A stretch of 64,000 nucleotides of DNA from an uncultured Chloroflexia bacterium (GTDB taxonomy: Bacteria > Chloroflexota > Limnocylindria > Limnocylindrales > CSP1-4). Position 1 is the first letter of the stretch. Every line of letters starts with the position of its first letter. The position numbers and the translations under genes are program-made. Positions 56,651-64,000 of the stretch are shown piece by piece. The stretch is from positions 787,841 to 851,840 of the forward strand of contig CAVZVH010000026.1 in assembly GCA_963778645.1 (NCBI GenBank), given 5' to 3'. The notes beneath the pieces were generated by a model. That model was not told where the DNA came from. It saw nothing but the letters and a program-made list of their open reading frames with translations, and searched no databases.

Positions 56651-57660
56651 CGCGGACCAGCGCCCGCATCGGCATCGAGCACGAGATCGGCCCGACCGGC
56701 CTCCTGGCGATCCGCCTCCGAGCCGGCGACGCGCGCCTTCGCGCCGTCGATGGGTCCGTCGTGCGGGTCCATGACACCGACGGCGATCTCGGGCGCAGCG
56801 TCCAGGTCGAGCGCGGCGACGGCAGCCTGTCGTTGCGTGCCGGCCGCGGCGGCCTCTTCGATGAGGGGCAGGAGCGCGGCTCCCACTCGGCCGAACTCGT
56901 CATCGACGTCCCGACGGGGGCCACGGTCGTCGTCGAAGCCGCGAGCGCCGAGGTGACCATCGAAGGTCTGACCGGCGATCAGCGCTACCGCACCTCGTCA
57001 GGCGACATCCGCCTCCGCGACGTCAGCGGGCGCCTGTCCGCGGAAACCGTCTCCGGCGACATCGACGTCCTCGCGGTCGACAGCAGCTCGATCGCCACCC
57101 GCTCCGTGTCCGGCGACCTGTCCGTCCGTGCGGCAGACCTCGAGTCAGTTCGCGCCACCACGACAAGCGGCGACGTTCGCTTGGCCGGCCGGCTGGCCGG
57201 TCCCGGTCCGTTCGCGATCGACACGGTGAGCGGCGACGTCCTGCTGGCGCTGGCCGGCGGCCTCCGCCTGGAAGCCAGCACGGTCGCGGGCGATGTCACC
57301 TCGGACGTCGATGCCCGGAGCGAGGGGAGACCAGGTCGCCGCGTCCTCGTCGTCGGCGAGGGCGGCCCGACCGTAGCCGTCCGCTCGATGTCTGGCGACG
57401 TGAGCCTGATGCATGCCACCGCCGTGCTACGCGCCTCGGCCCCGCCGCATCCGGTTCGCCCATCCACCTCGAAGGAGCCACCGATGCCGCCTGAACCGCC
57501 CGTCCCGCCTTCGATCGAGCCCCCGGTGACCGCGGCCGACAGCCCGACGACGTTCGTCGATCGCCATGAGCCGGATGCCGACGAGTCGGCTCGGCCTCTC
57601 GATCCTGCGCGCCCTCGAGCGCGGGGAGATCGACGTGGCCGAAGCCGGTCGCCGACTTGA
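56647..57660 (+). CDS. DUF4097-like beta-helical repeat protein
   Basis: Repeated '(V/T)SGD(I/V/L)' strands: 'TSSGDIRL', 'TVSGDIDV', 'SVSGDLSV', 'TTSGDVRL', 'TVSGDVLL', 'TVAGDVTS', 'SMSGDVSL'. The Pro-rich C-terminus may continue into the next ORF through a frameshift near 57575. Confidence 0.75.
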   Translation: MTRTSARIGIEHEIGPTGLLAIRLRAGDARLRAVDGSVVRVHDTDGDLGRSVQVERGDGSLSLRAGRGGLFDEGQERGSHSAELVIDVPTGATVVVEAASAEVTIEGLTGDQRYRTSSGDIRLRDVSGRLSAETVSGDIDVLAVDSSSIATRSVSGDLSVRAADLESVRATTTSGDVRLAGRLAGPGPFAIDTVSGDVLLALAGGLRLEASTVAGDVTSDVDARSEGRPGRRVLVVGEGGPTVAVRSMSGDVSLMHATAVLRASAPPHPVRPSTSKEPPMPPEPPVPPSIEPPVTAADSPTTFVDRHEPDADESARPLDPARPRARGDRRGRSRSPT

Positions 57661-58096
57661 AGCGCTCGAAGAACGATCGACCAGCACGGGCGATCCGATG
57701 ACTGACGACGCCCTCGAGCGAGTCCTGCGCCTGGTTTCCGAAGGCCGGCTGACGGCCGACGAGGCCGGGCCGATCCTGGACGCGCTCGAGACTCGACGCG
57801 ACTCCGCCGAGGCTCGCACCACCCGAACGTCCGACCGACCCGCTTCCGGAACGGCGACCAAGCCCTCGGGCGACCGATCCCCGGCGCGCGCCATCCGGAT
57901 CGAGGTCAGCGACCACGGACGCAAGGTCGTCAACCTCCGCGTCCCGCTGGCCCTTGGCCGCGCGGCGCTCGATCGGATCCCCGGCCTGACCGACACGATC
58001 ACCGAACGCGTCCGCGAGGCGCTGGCCTCGGGCATCACCGGCCCGATCGTCGACGTCGATGACGACGGCGACGGCGTCCGGATCGTCATCGAATGA
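57566..58096 (+). CDS. Hypothetical protein with two SHOCT-like helical motifs and a C-terminal beta domain
   Basis: 'ILRALERGEIDVAEAGRRLEAL', 'LRLVSEGRLTADEAGPILDAL', then 'IRIEVSDHGRKVVNLRVPLALG...GPIVDVDDDGDGVRIVIE'. It overlaps the end of 56647..57660 by 95 nt, so its boundaries are uncertain. Confidence 0.5.
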   Translation: MSRMPTSRLGLSILRALERGEIDVAEAGRRLEALEERSTSTGDPMTDDALERVLRLVSEGRLTADEAGPILDALETRRDSAEARTTRTSDRPASGTATKPSGDRSPARAIRIEVSDHGRKVVNLRVPLALGRAALDRIPGLTDTITERVREALASGITGPIVDVDDDGDGVRIVIE

Positions 58097-58133
58097 AGCC
58101 TCGACCGACCAACCACAAGGGAAGGAGCCTGAT

Positions 58134-58358
58134 ATGACCTGCTACCGGCCGGATCCCGCGCATTCGACCTTCGATGTCCCGCTCGAGCTGGCGCACGAGC
58201 GGATCGCCGCCCTCCGGGGCGAGGCCCGCCGATCCGACCTCGCCGACGAGGGTCCACCCGCGACCATCCGGCGTCTGCGCCACGGCATCGGCCATCGCCT
58301 CATCGCCATCGGCTCGGCCCTGGCCGCCGAGCAGCGGCCGCACACGCTCGCCCGCTGA
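58134..58358 (+). CDS. Small hypothetical protein (74 aa)
   Basis: ATG 58134 is preceded by GGGAAGGAG. No family recognised. Confidence 0.45.
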   Translation: MTCYRPDPAHSTFDVPLELAHERIAALRGEARRSDLADEGPPATIRRLRHGIGHRLIAIGSALAAEQRPHTLAR

Positions 58359-58391
58359 GCCGCGGCCTCACGCGCCGACGACGGGCGGGCG

Positions 58392-59618
58392 TCAGTCGAC
58401 CGGGACGCCACCCTTGACGACGGACGCCGGGCCGCGCAGGACCTCGATGTCGACGAGCGGATCGGCATCGACCGCGACGAGATCCGCGTACCGGCCGACC
58501 TGCACGGACCCGACCCGGTCCTCCCAGCCCATCAGCTCGGCCGCGACGATCGTCGCCGACCGGATCGCCTCGACCGTCGACTGCCCCAGCCGGACCTGGT
58601 AGCCGAGCTGGATCGCGACCATCGCGTGCGGGTAGACGCCGCTGTCGGTGCCGTAGGCGAGCCTGACGCCCGCCCCGACGGCCTTGCGAAAGCCGTCGCG
58701 CTGGGCCTGCGTCGTCAGCTCGTTCTTCTCGAGGGTCTCCGCCGGCCATCCCGCGCGGCGCCCTTCTTCCGCGATCCAGTCGCCGTCATAGACGTCCGCG
58801 ACGAGGTACGTCCCATTGGCCACGAGCATCTCGATGCCCTCGTCGTCGATGAGCGACCCGTGCTCGATGGACCGTACACCCGCGCGGATCGCGACCTTGA
58901 TCCCCTCGGTGCCGTGGGCATGGGCCGCGACGTAGAGGCCATGGCGTGCCGCCTCCTCGACCGCCGCCCGGACCATCGGCTCCGTCAGTTCGATGACCCC
59001 GGGCTGCGTCCCGCGCGTCAGCACGGCGCCCGTGACGATGCACTTGATGAGCGTGGCCCCGCCGTCGGCCAGGATCCGGACCTTCTCCCGCACGTCATCC
59101 AGGGTCTCGACGACACCCAGACGCAGGTCCGGGGAGAGCCCGAGCGTCGGCGCATCGCCGGTCACCTCGCCGCCGCCGCCCGGGGCGGTGATGTAGGCCC
59201 CGGCGCACTGCATCCGCGGCCCCGGCGTCCATCCACGATCGATGGCATCGCGCAACGCGACGTCGATGAACGCCCGGTACGTTCCGACATCGCGGACCGT
59301 CGTGAACCCGGCGCGGAGCGTCGTCTGCGCGTTGCGGACGCCGCTCAGGGTCTCCTGTGCGGCCGACGCGTCCACGGCCGGGATGCCGGCATATTCCAGC
59401 TCACCGACCAGGTGGCTGTGGCCATCGATGAGCCCGGGCACGACCCAGTCGCCGGCCAGGGCGATCGGCTCGGTATGCTCGGGCGTCCGGTCGTCCGGTC
59501 CGAGGATCGCCTCGATGCGGCCATGACTCTCGACAAGGATGCGGCGGTGGTGGAGCCATGCCCCCGTCACGACATCGAGGAGATGCGGGGCCTCGATGAG
59601 GCGGCGGCCGGCGACCAT
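58392..59618 (-). CDS. Metal-dependent amidohydrolase (imidazolonepropionase / Xaa-Pro dipeptidase-like)
   Basis: 'PGLIDGHSHL' (HxH), 'AAHAHG', 'IEHG', and 'GTDSG' near the C-terminus. Confidence 0.88.
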   Translation of the reverse strand: MVAGRRLIEAPHLLDVVTGAWLHHRRILVESHGRIEAILGPDDRTPEHTEPIALAGDWVVPGLIDGHSHLVGELEYAGIPAVDASAAQETLSGVRNAQTTLRAGFTTVRDVGTYRAFIDVALRDAIDRGWTPGPRMQCAGAYITAPGGGGEVTGDAPTLGLSPDLRLGVVETLDDVREKVRILADGGATLIKCIVTGAVLTRGTQPGVIELTEPMVRAAVEEAARHGLYVAAHAHGTEGIKVAIRAGVRSIEHGSLIDDEGIEMLVANGTYLVADVYDGDWIAEEGRRAGWPAETLEKNELTTQAQRDGFRKAVGAGVRLAYGTDSGVYPHAMVAIQLGYQVRLGQSTVEAIRSATIVAAELMGWEDRVGSVQVGRYADLVAVDADPLVDIEVLRGPASVVKGGVPVD

Positions 59619-59649
59619 GTCCCGAGCGTAGCAGGGCTACCATTCGCCC

Positions 59650-60228
59650 ATGACGACCACGCTCGATCGACTTCCGTTCACCGGTGACGACGCCGCCGAC
59701 CGGTTGCTCGTCGCCGATCCGCTTGCTCTGCTCATCGGCTTCGAGCTCGATCAGCAGGTGACCGTCCAGAAGGCGTTCAGCGGCCCGGCCGAGCTGCAGC
59801 GCCGGATCGGCCACCTGGATGCCGCACGAATCGCGGCCATGGACCCGGCCCAGCTCATCGAGGTCTTCCGCACGCCACCGGCGCTCCACCGGTTCCCGGC
59901 GGCGATGGCGGGCAAGGTCCAGGAGCTGGCCCGTGCCATCGCGGATCAGTACGGCAACGACGCGAGTCGCGTCTGGTCGGAGGCGACCTCGGGCAAGGAC
60001 CTGGAGGCGCGCCTGCTGGGGTTGCCCGGGTTTGGCCCGATGAAGGCACGAACGGTCCTGGCCATCGTGGTCAAGCGCTTCGGCGTCAGGCCGCCCGGCT
60101 GGGAGGCCGTCGTCCCGACGCATCCAACGCTGGCCGACGTCGATTCGCCGGAGTCCCTGGCCGCCTACCAGGCCGGCAAGCGCGCCAAGAAGGCGGAGAT
60201 CCGGGCCGCGAAGGCCGCCAAGGCCTAG
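59650..60228 (+). CDS. HhH-GPD-superfamily base-excision-repair-like protein
   Basis: 'LLGLPGFGPMKARTVLAIV' helix-hairpin-helix, with a Lys/Ala-rich tail. Confidence 0.75.
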   Translation: MTTTLDRLPFTGDDAADRLLVADPLALLIGFELDQQVTVQKAFSGPAELQRRIGHLDAARIAAMDPAQLIEVFRTPPALHRFPAAMAGKVQELARAIADQYGNDASRVWSEATSGKDLEARLLGLPGFGPMKARTVLAIVVKRFGVRPPGWEAVVPTHPTLADVDSPESLAAYQAGKRAKKAEIRAAKAAKA

Positions 60229-60230
60229 GC

Positions 60231-60611
60231 GTGGACGACCGGATCCGGCGCGCGCTCAGCCGAGGGCACAGGATCGACATGACGACGACCGGGCGGCGCA
60301 GCGGCTCGCCGAGACGGATCGAGATCGTGTTCCACAACATCGACGGGCGCATCTTCATCAGCGGATCGCCGCGCTCGGAGCGGAAGCGGGCCTGGATCCT
60401 CAACCTCACCGCCGACCCGCACCTGACCTTCCACTTGAAGGGCGCCATCCAGGCCGACCTGCCGGCCACGGCGCGGATCGTGAACGATGAGACTGAGCGA
60501 CGCCGGATCTTCGACTGGATCGTCGCCAACGCCTGGCCCAACATGGACGTCGAACAGATGCAGGCCTACGCGCCGCTCATCGAGGTCACCATCGAGGACG
60601 CCGCCGCCTGA
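60231..60611 (+). CDS. Deazaflavin (F420)-dependent nitroreductase-family (Ddn-like) protein
   Basis: 'TTTGRRSGSPRRIEIVFHNIDGRIFISGS' and 'WILNLTADPHLTFHL', on a split beta-barrel pattern. Confidence 0.7.
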   Translation: MDDRIRRALSRGHRIDMTTTGRRSGSPRRIEIVFHNIDGRIFISGSPRSERKRAWILNLTADPHLTFHLKGAIQADLPATARIVNDETERRRIFDWIVANAWPNMDVEQMQAYAPLIEVTIEDAAA

Positions 60612-60709
60612 CGAGATCGGCCACGCGCCGAGCAGGCCGACCGGCCTGCCCGTGCAGGTCCGCATGGGTCCCACGCGGGCGGTGGCCGTGGTCCCTCTAG
60701 CCTTGGGGC

Positions 60710-61636
60710 ATGCCCGACTATGACGAGCGCGCGCTGCTGCACGAGCTGGAACCGGAGGCCGGTCGCCTGTTCGATCGCCACGCCCGGGTCGCCCAGGAAT
60801 GGTTCCCTCACGACTACATCCCGTATCGCCTGGGGCGCGACTTCGACAAGGAACCCTGGACGCCCGATCAGCCGCGCCTGACCGGGGTCGCTCAGACCGC
60901 CTTCGAGATCGGGCTGCTGACCGAGGACAACCTGCCCAGCTACCACCGGCTGATCCACGGCATGTTCGGCAAGGGCGACGGTGCGTGGATCAACTGGGTC
61001 GGCCGCTGGACCGCGGAAGAGGGCCGTCATGCCATCGTCCTGCGCGATTACCTCACGGTCACCCGCAACATCGACCCGGTCGCGCTCGAGCGGGGCCGGA
61101 TGACCCAGCTGCAGCAGGGCTACGAGCACGATGCGCCGGGCACCCTCCACGGTCTCGCGTACGTGACGTTCCAGGAGCTCGCCACGCGGATCTCCCATCG
61201 CAACACCGGGCGCTACTCCGACGATCCGGTCGCCGACCGGATCATGGTCAGGATCGCCGCCGACGAGAACCTGCACATGGTGTTCTACCGCGACATCCTG
61301 AGCGCCGCGATCGAACTCGCGCCGTCGGCCGCGGTCCGGGCCATCGTCGACGAGGTCCTCGCCTTCCAGATGCCCGGCGCCGGCATCCCGAACTTCGTGC
61401 GCAAGGCCGCCACGATCGCGAAGGCCGGGATCTACGACCTGCGGGTCCATCGCGACGAGGTGTTGATGCCGGTCATCAAGCACTGGGGCATCTTCGAGCT
61501 GCCGAACCTGGACGCCACGGCGACCGCCGCGCGGGAGCGTCTCGCGCAGCACCTCGAGGAGCTGGAAGGGGCGGCCCGGAAGTTCGAAGCGCGGCTCGCG
61601 GAATCAGGTGCCGCCCGGATGGCCTCGACCGTCTGA
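60710..61636 (+). CDS. Acyl-ACP (stearoyl-ACP-type) desaturase, di-iron (DesA-like)
   Basis: 'LTEDNLPSYH', 'WTAEEGRHAIVLRDY', 'QELATRISHRNTG', and 'IAADENLHMVFY'. Confidence 0.9.
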   Translation: MPDYDERALLHELEPEAGRLFDRHARVAQEWFPHDYIPYRLGRDFDKEPWTPDQPRLTGVAQTAFEIGLLTEDNLPSYHRLIHGMFGKGDGAWINWVGRWTAEEGRHAIVLRDYLTVTRNIDPVALERGRMTQLQQGYEHDAPGTLHGLAYVTFQELATRISHRNTGRYSDDPVADRIMVRIAADENLHMVFYRDILSAAIELAPSAAVRAIVDEVLAFQMPGAGIPNFVRKAATIAKAGIYDLRVHRDEVLMPVIKHWGIFELPNLDATATAARERLAQHLEELEGAARKFEARLAESGAARMASTV

Positions 61637-61757
61637 CCAAGGGTCCCCGGCGCTGCGTCGTGACGGCCGGTATCCCTGACCACCCACGCCGACTGCGCCG
61701 CGGGGCCGACCCGCACGACGCGATCGCCGACGCCGACCGACTGCTCGCGTCCGCCAG

Positions 61758-62621
61758 CTAGATCCCGCCGCTGAACGTGTCGCAGTCGACCGGCTCGCCA
61801 CTCTGATACCCGACCGTGAACCACTTCTGTCGCTGTGCGGCTGACCCGTGGGTCCAGGCCTCCGGGTTGACCCCGCCGCCGACCGACTGCTGGATCCGGT
61901 CGTCCCCGACGGCGGCGGCCGCGTCGAGGGCGTCGGCGATCTGGGCACCGGTCACGGGCGCCAGGATGCCGGCCTCCGCGTGGTTCGCCCAGGCACCCGC
62001 ATAGCAGTCGGCCTGGAGCTCCGTCCGGACCGAGCGGCCCTCGGCGCCCTGGTCGTTCGTGCCCTGGCCGAGGACCCCGAGCAAGTCCTGGACGTGGTGA
62101 CCGTATTCGTGGGCCACGACGTAGCCCTGTGCCAGCGATCCGCCGGTCGCCCCGAACCGCGTCCGCAAGTCTTCGAAGAATCCGAGGTCCAGGTAAACGA
62201 GCTTGTCGGCGGGGCAGTAGAACGGTCCGGACGCCGACGTGGCGGTACCACAAGCGCTCTGGGTCGCGCCGGAGAACAACACCGTGTCGACCGGCTGGTA
62301 CTGCAGGCCCGAAGCCGTGAACTCGCCAGTCCAGTAGGTCTGCACGCTGTTGACGAAGCCGAGGATCCGACAATCGTCACGCTCGTTGGCGTCGGCACCC
62401 GTCTGGCACTCGGCGGCGATGGCGGAGCTCTCGGGTCCGGTCACGGCACCCGGCTGCAGGATCGCGCCCAGGTCCTCTGGATTGCCGCCCAGCAGGGCAT
62501 AGGCGAGCAGCAGGACCAGGCCGATGCCGCCACCACCGATGGCGACGCCGGTCCGGCCACCACGGCCACGTCGGTCGCTGATCTGACCCGGATCGAGCCG
62601 GGCGTTCGGGTCGAAGGTCAT
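61758..62621 (-). CDS. Putative neutral zinc metallopeptidase (YpfJ-like) with an N-terminal TM anchor
   Basis: 'GYVVAHEYGHHVQDLLG' (HExxH) and TM 'VAIGGGGIGLVLLLAYALLGG'. ATG 62621 is preceded by ACGAGGA. Confidence 0.85.
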   Translation of the reverse strand: MTFDPNARLDPGQISDRRGRGGRTGVAIGGGGIGLVLLLAYALLGGNPEDLGAILQPGAVTGPESSAIAAECQTGADANERDDCRILGFVNSVQTYWTGEFTASGLQYQPVDTVLFSGATQSACGTATSASGPFYCPADKLVYLDLGFFEDLRTRFGATGGSLAQGYVVAHEYGHHVQDLLGVLGQGTNDQGAEGRSVRTELQADCYAGAWANHAEAGILAPVTGAQIADALDAAAAVGDDRIQQSVGGGVNPEAWTHGSAAQRQKWFTVGYQSGEPVDCDTFSGGI

Positions 62622-62991
62622 GCCCATCCTCGTACTGGGACGAAGGGTCCGACCCATCGTAGGCACGCGCGATCGCAGGCGCACTCGAATGGACGCCATC
62701 GGGCATCACAACGGCATCGCGTCGTCGGCCACCGCGGGATGACTTCTGTCCATGCCACGACGGGACACTTGGCAGGTACGTGGCTCCTCGGCGCAGCACC
62801 TATCGTGTCGTCATCGCGAACGGAACGCCGGACATCTAGACCTTCGACCGGCGGCGCGTCGACTCTCCGGCGGGATGCCGGGCGGCGGCGGAGCCGGCAT
62901 CCTGCTGACACGGCGGTCCCATCACGAGATCCAGCGACCTGACGACCGTTTCGGCTCTTCGGAACCGGACGGTCGTTTCGGTGCCTCGCGC

Positions 62992-63492
62992 CTATAACCG
63001 GATCGGCGTCAGCAGCAGGCCGATCAACCAGGCGACCGCCTGCCACGTCAGCCAGATGATGCCGAGCAAGACCAACCCGATCCCGACGAAGAACATCCGG
63101 TGCTCGCTCGTGCTGGCTTCGGGTTCGAGCGCGTACCGCCGGAAGAGCGCCAGGTTCTGGGCGTTCGATTTGGAGACGAAGTCGAACAGGTCGCCGAAGA
63201 ACGGGATGACGCCGATCACTAGGTCGACCGACAGGTTGACCATCATCCGGGCCAGGACGACGGCGGGTAGCCGGAAGCGCGACGCCTCCGCGATGATGTA
63301 AGACCCGGCCAGCGCGGAGACCACGTCGCCGAAGAACGGGATGAGGCCGACGATCGGGTCGAGGCCGATCCGGCGACCCGTCCCGGGCACCTCGATCAGG
63401 TCGTCGAGGACGTGGCTCATCCTCGCGATTCGGCGCTCGGCGGCCCGGAATCGCTCTGTCCGGCTGGGACCGATCACCTCACCTTCACGCAC
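62992..63492 (-). CDS. DUF4112-like membrane protein
   Basis: Duplicated 'GLIPFFGD' / 'GVIPFFGDLFDF' motif. GTG 63492 has GGGAGG upstream. ORF 62992..63552 allows a longer start. Confidence 0.75.
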   Translation of the reverse strand: MREGEVIGPSRTERFRAAERRIARMSHVLDDLIEVPGTGRRIGLDPIVGLIPFFGDVVSALAGSYIIAEASRFRLPAVVLARMMVNLSVDLVIGVIPFFGDLFDFVSKSNAQNLALFRRYALEPEASTSEHRMFFVGIGLVLLGIIWLTWQAVAWLIGLLLTPIRL

Positions 63493-63721
63493 GGATCGGG
63501 AACCTCCCTGGGCGGCCACTACATGACAAGTTCTGGCAGGTATGAGGGCCATGATATGGCCACGAGGAAGCGGTCGGGACGGATCGCACCAGCCGAGGAG
63601 CGACGGTCATGAACGAGCTGGAATTGGCACGGATCATCCAGGTGGACCGCGACCGGGACATCACCGCGGCGCTTCGGTGGCGCCGGCCGCGGTTCCTCGA
63701 CACGGGGCACGACGAGGCGGG

Positions 63722-64000
63722 TCAACCGCCGGTCACCGAGGCGTCGGCCGTCCCACGCACGGCCGGGATCACATCGGCGGCCTCGACGTCCTCGGCCCGG
63801 ACCTCGACCGGCTCAGCCCGATCGTAGCGTTCGACGATCCGGCGAGCGGTCGCGATGACCCGCTCCCGGATCTCGACGGGCTCGACGACCTCGAGGCTGG
63901 ACCCCACCGACAGCATGTGGCCCGGGACCTCGTCCGGCCAGCCGAGCTCGAGCCGAAGCCTGATCCAGTCGGGCCGGGCCTCATCGAGATGCTCGGCGTG
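63722..64000 (-). CDS. C-terminal fragment of a WYL-domain (YafY-like) transcriptional regulator; the 5' part lies beyond the window
   Basis: The frame is open to the window edge: '...WIRLRLELGWPDEVPGHMLSVGSSLEVVEPVEIRERVIATARRIVERY', which is typical of the C-terminal (WCX) end of this family. Confidence 0.65.
   Translation of the reverse strand, partial: HAEHLDEARPDWIRLRLELGWPDEVPGHMLSVGSSLEVVEPVEIRERVIATARRIVERYDRAEPVEVRAEDVEAADVIPAVRGTADASVTGG

Noticed and set aside
56203-57660. An apparent DUF2089-DUF4097 fusion protein of 485 aa.
   Set aside because: A 1-nt correction near 56598 gives a typical DUF2089 C-terminus ending in a TGA that overlaps the ATG of the DUF4097 gene. They are two genes, not a fusion.
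63551-63827. Two short plus-strand ORFs: an 18-aa 'MATRKRSGRIAPAEERRS' coupled by ATGA to a 72-aa 'MNELELARIIQVDRDRDITAALRW...'.
   Set aside because: No recognisable family. The second ORF overlaps the 3' end of the WYL regulator gene by about 100 nt and turns low-complexity. The evidence is not enough to call a gene.

Overview
This is a very GC-rich window (about 70% by eye, not computed) that looks like an actinobacterial-type chromosomal segment. It is densely coding on both strands, with many 1-4 nt start/stop overlaps (ATGA, GTGA) that indicate operons. I could support about 64 protein-coding genes. I saw no rRNA, tRNA, CRISPR array, transposase or integrase.

Recognisable content:
- Housekeeping genes: acs (5' end cut by the window edge), moaA, a purine nucleoside phosphorylase, thyX, a greA-containing ORF, a DEAD-box helicase, ridA and tag.
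- Transport: an Opp/Dpp-type peptide ABC importer, two ABC-2 type exporters, an aquaporin and an MFS pump with an ArsR regulator.
- Toxin-antitoxin: a VapBC pair.
- Cell wall: a SpoIID/LytB homologue and an SLT-like lytic transglycosylase.
- Signalling: a class III cyclase-STAND-TPR gene flanked by two stand-alone cNMP-binding proteins, and a 1545-aa cytoplasmic 5xGAF + 3xPAS histidine kinase followed by two response regulators.

Observations I rate highest:
1. A two-gene operon encoding an acidic, disordered, coiled-coil protein and a ParA/MinD-type ATPase that carries a degenerate receiver domain. I read it as a candidate cargo-positioning module.
2. The local cyclase and cNMP-binding island.
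3. A GreA ORF with an N-terminal extension of about 258 aa.
4. A strikingly non-uniform distribution of frameshifts. My hand count gives at least about 50 frame switches, concentrated at 15.2-21.5 kb, 22.7-32.2 kb and 52.7-57.7 kb, while other stretches, including a 4.6 kb ORF, are intact.
5. Several clear cis-elements: a nested palindrome upstream of arsR, tandem GC hairpins, a TTGACA promoter island, vapB operator palindromes, and a structured leader upstream of the transglycosylase gene.

All domain calls are from motif recognition by eye. No database searches were run.
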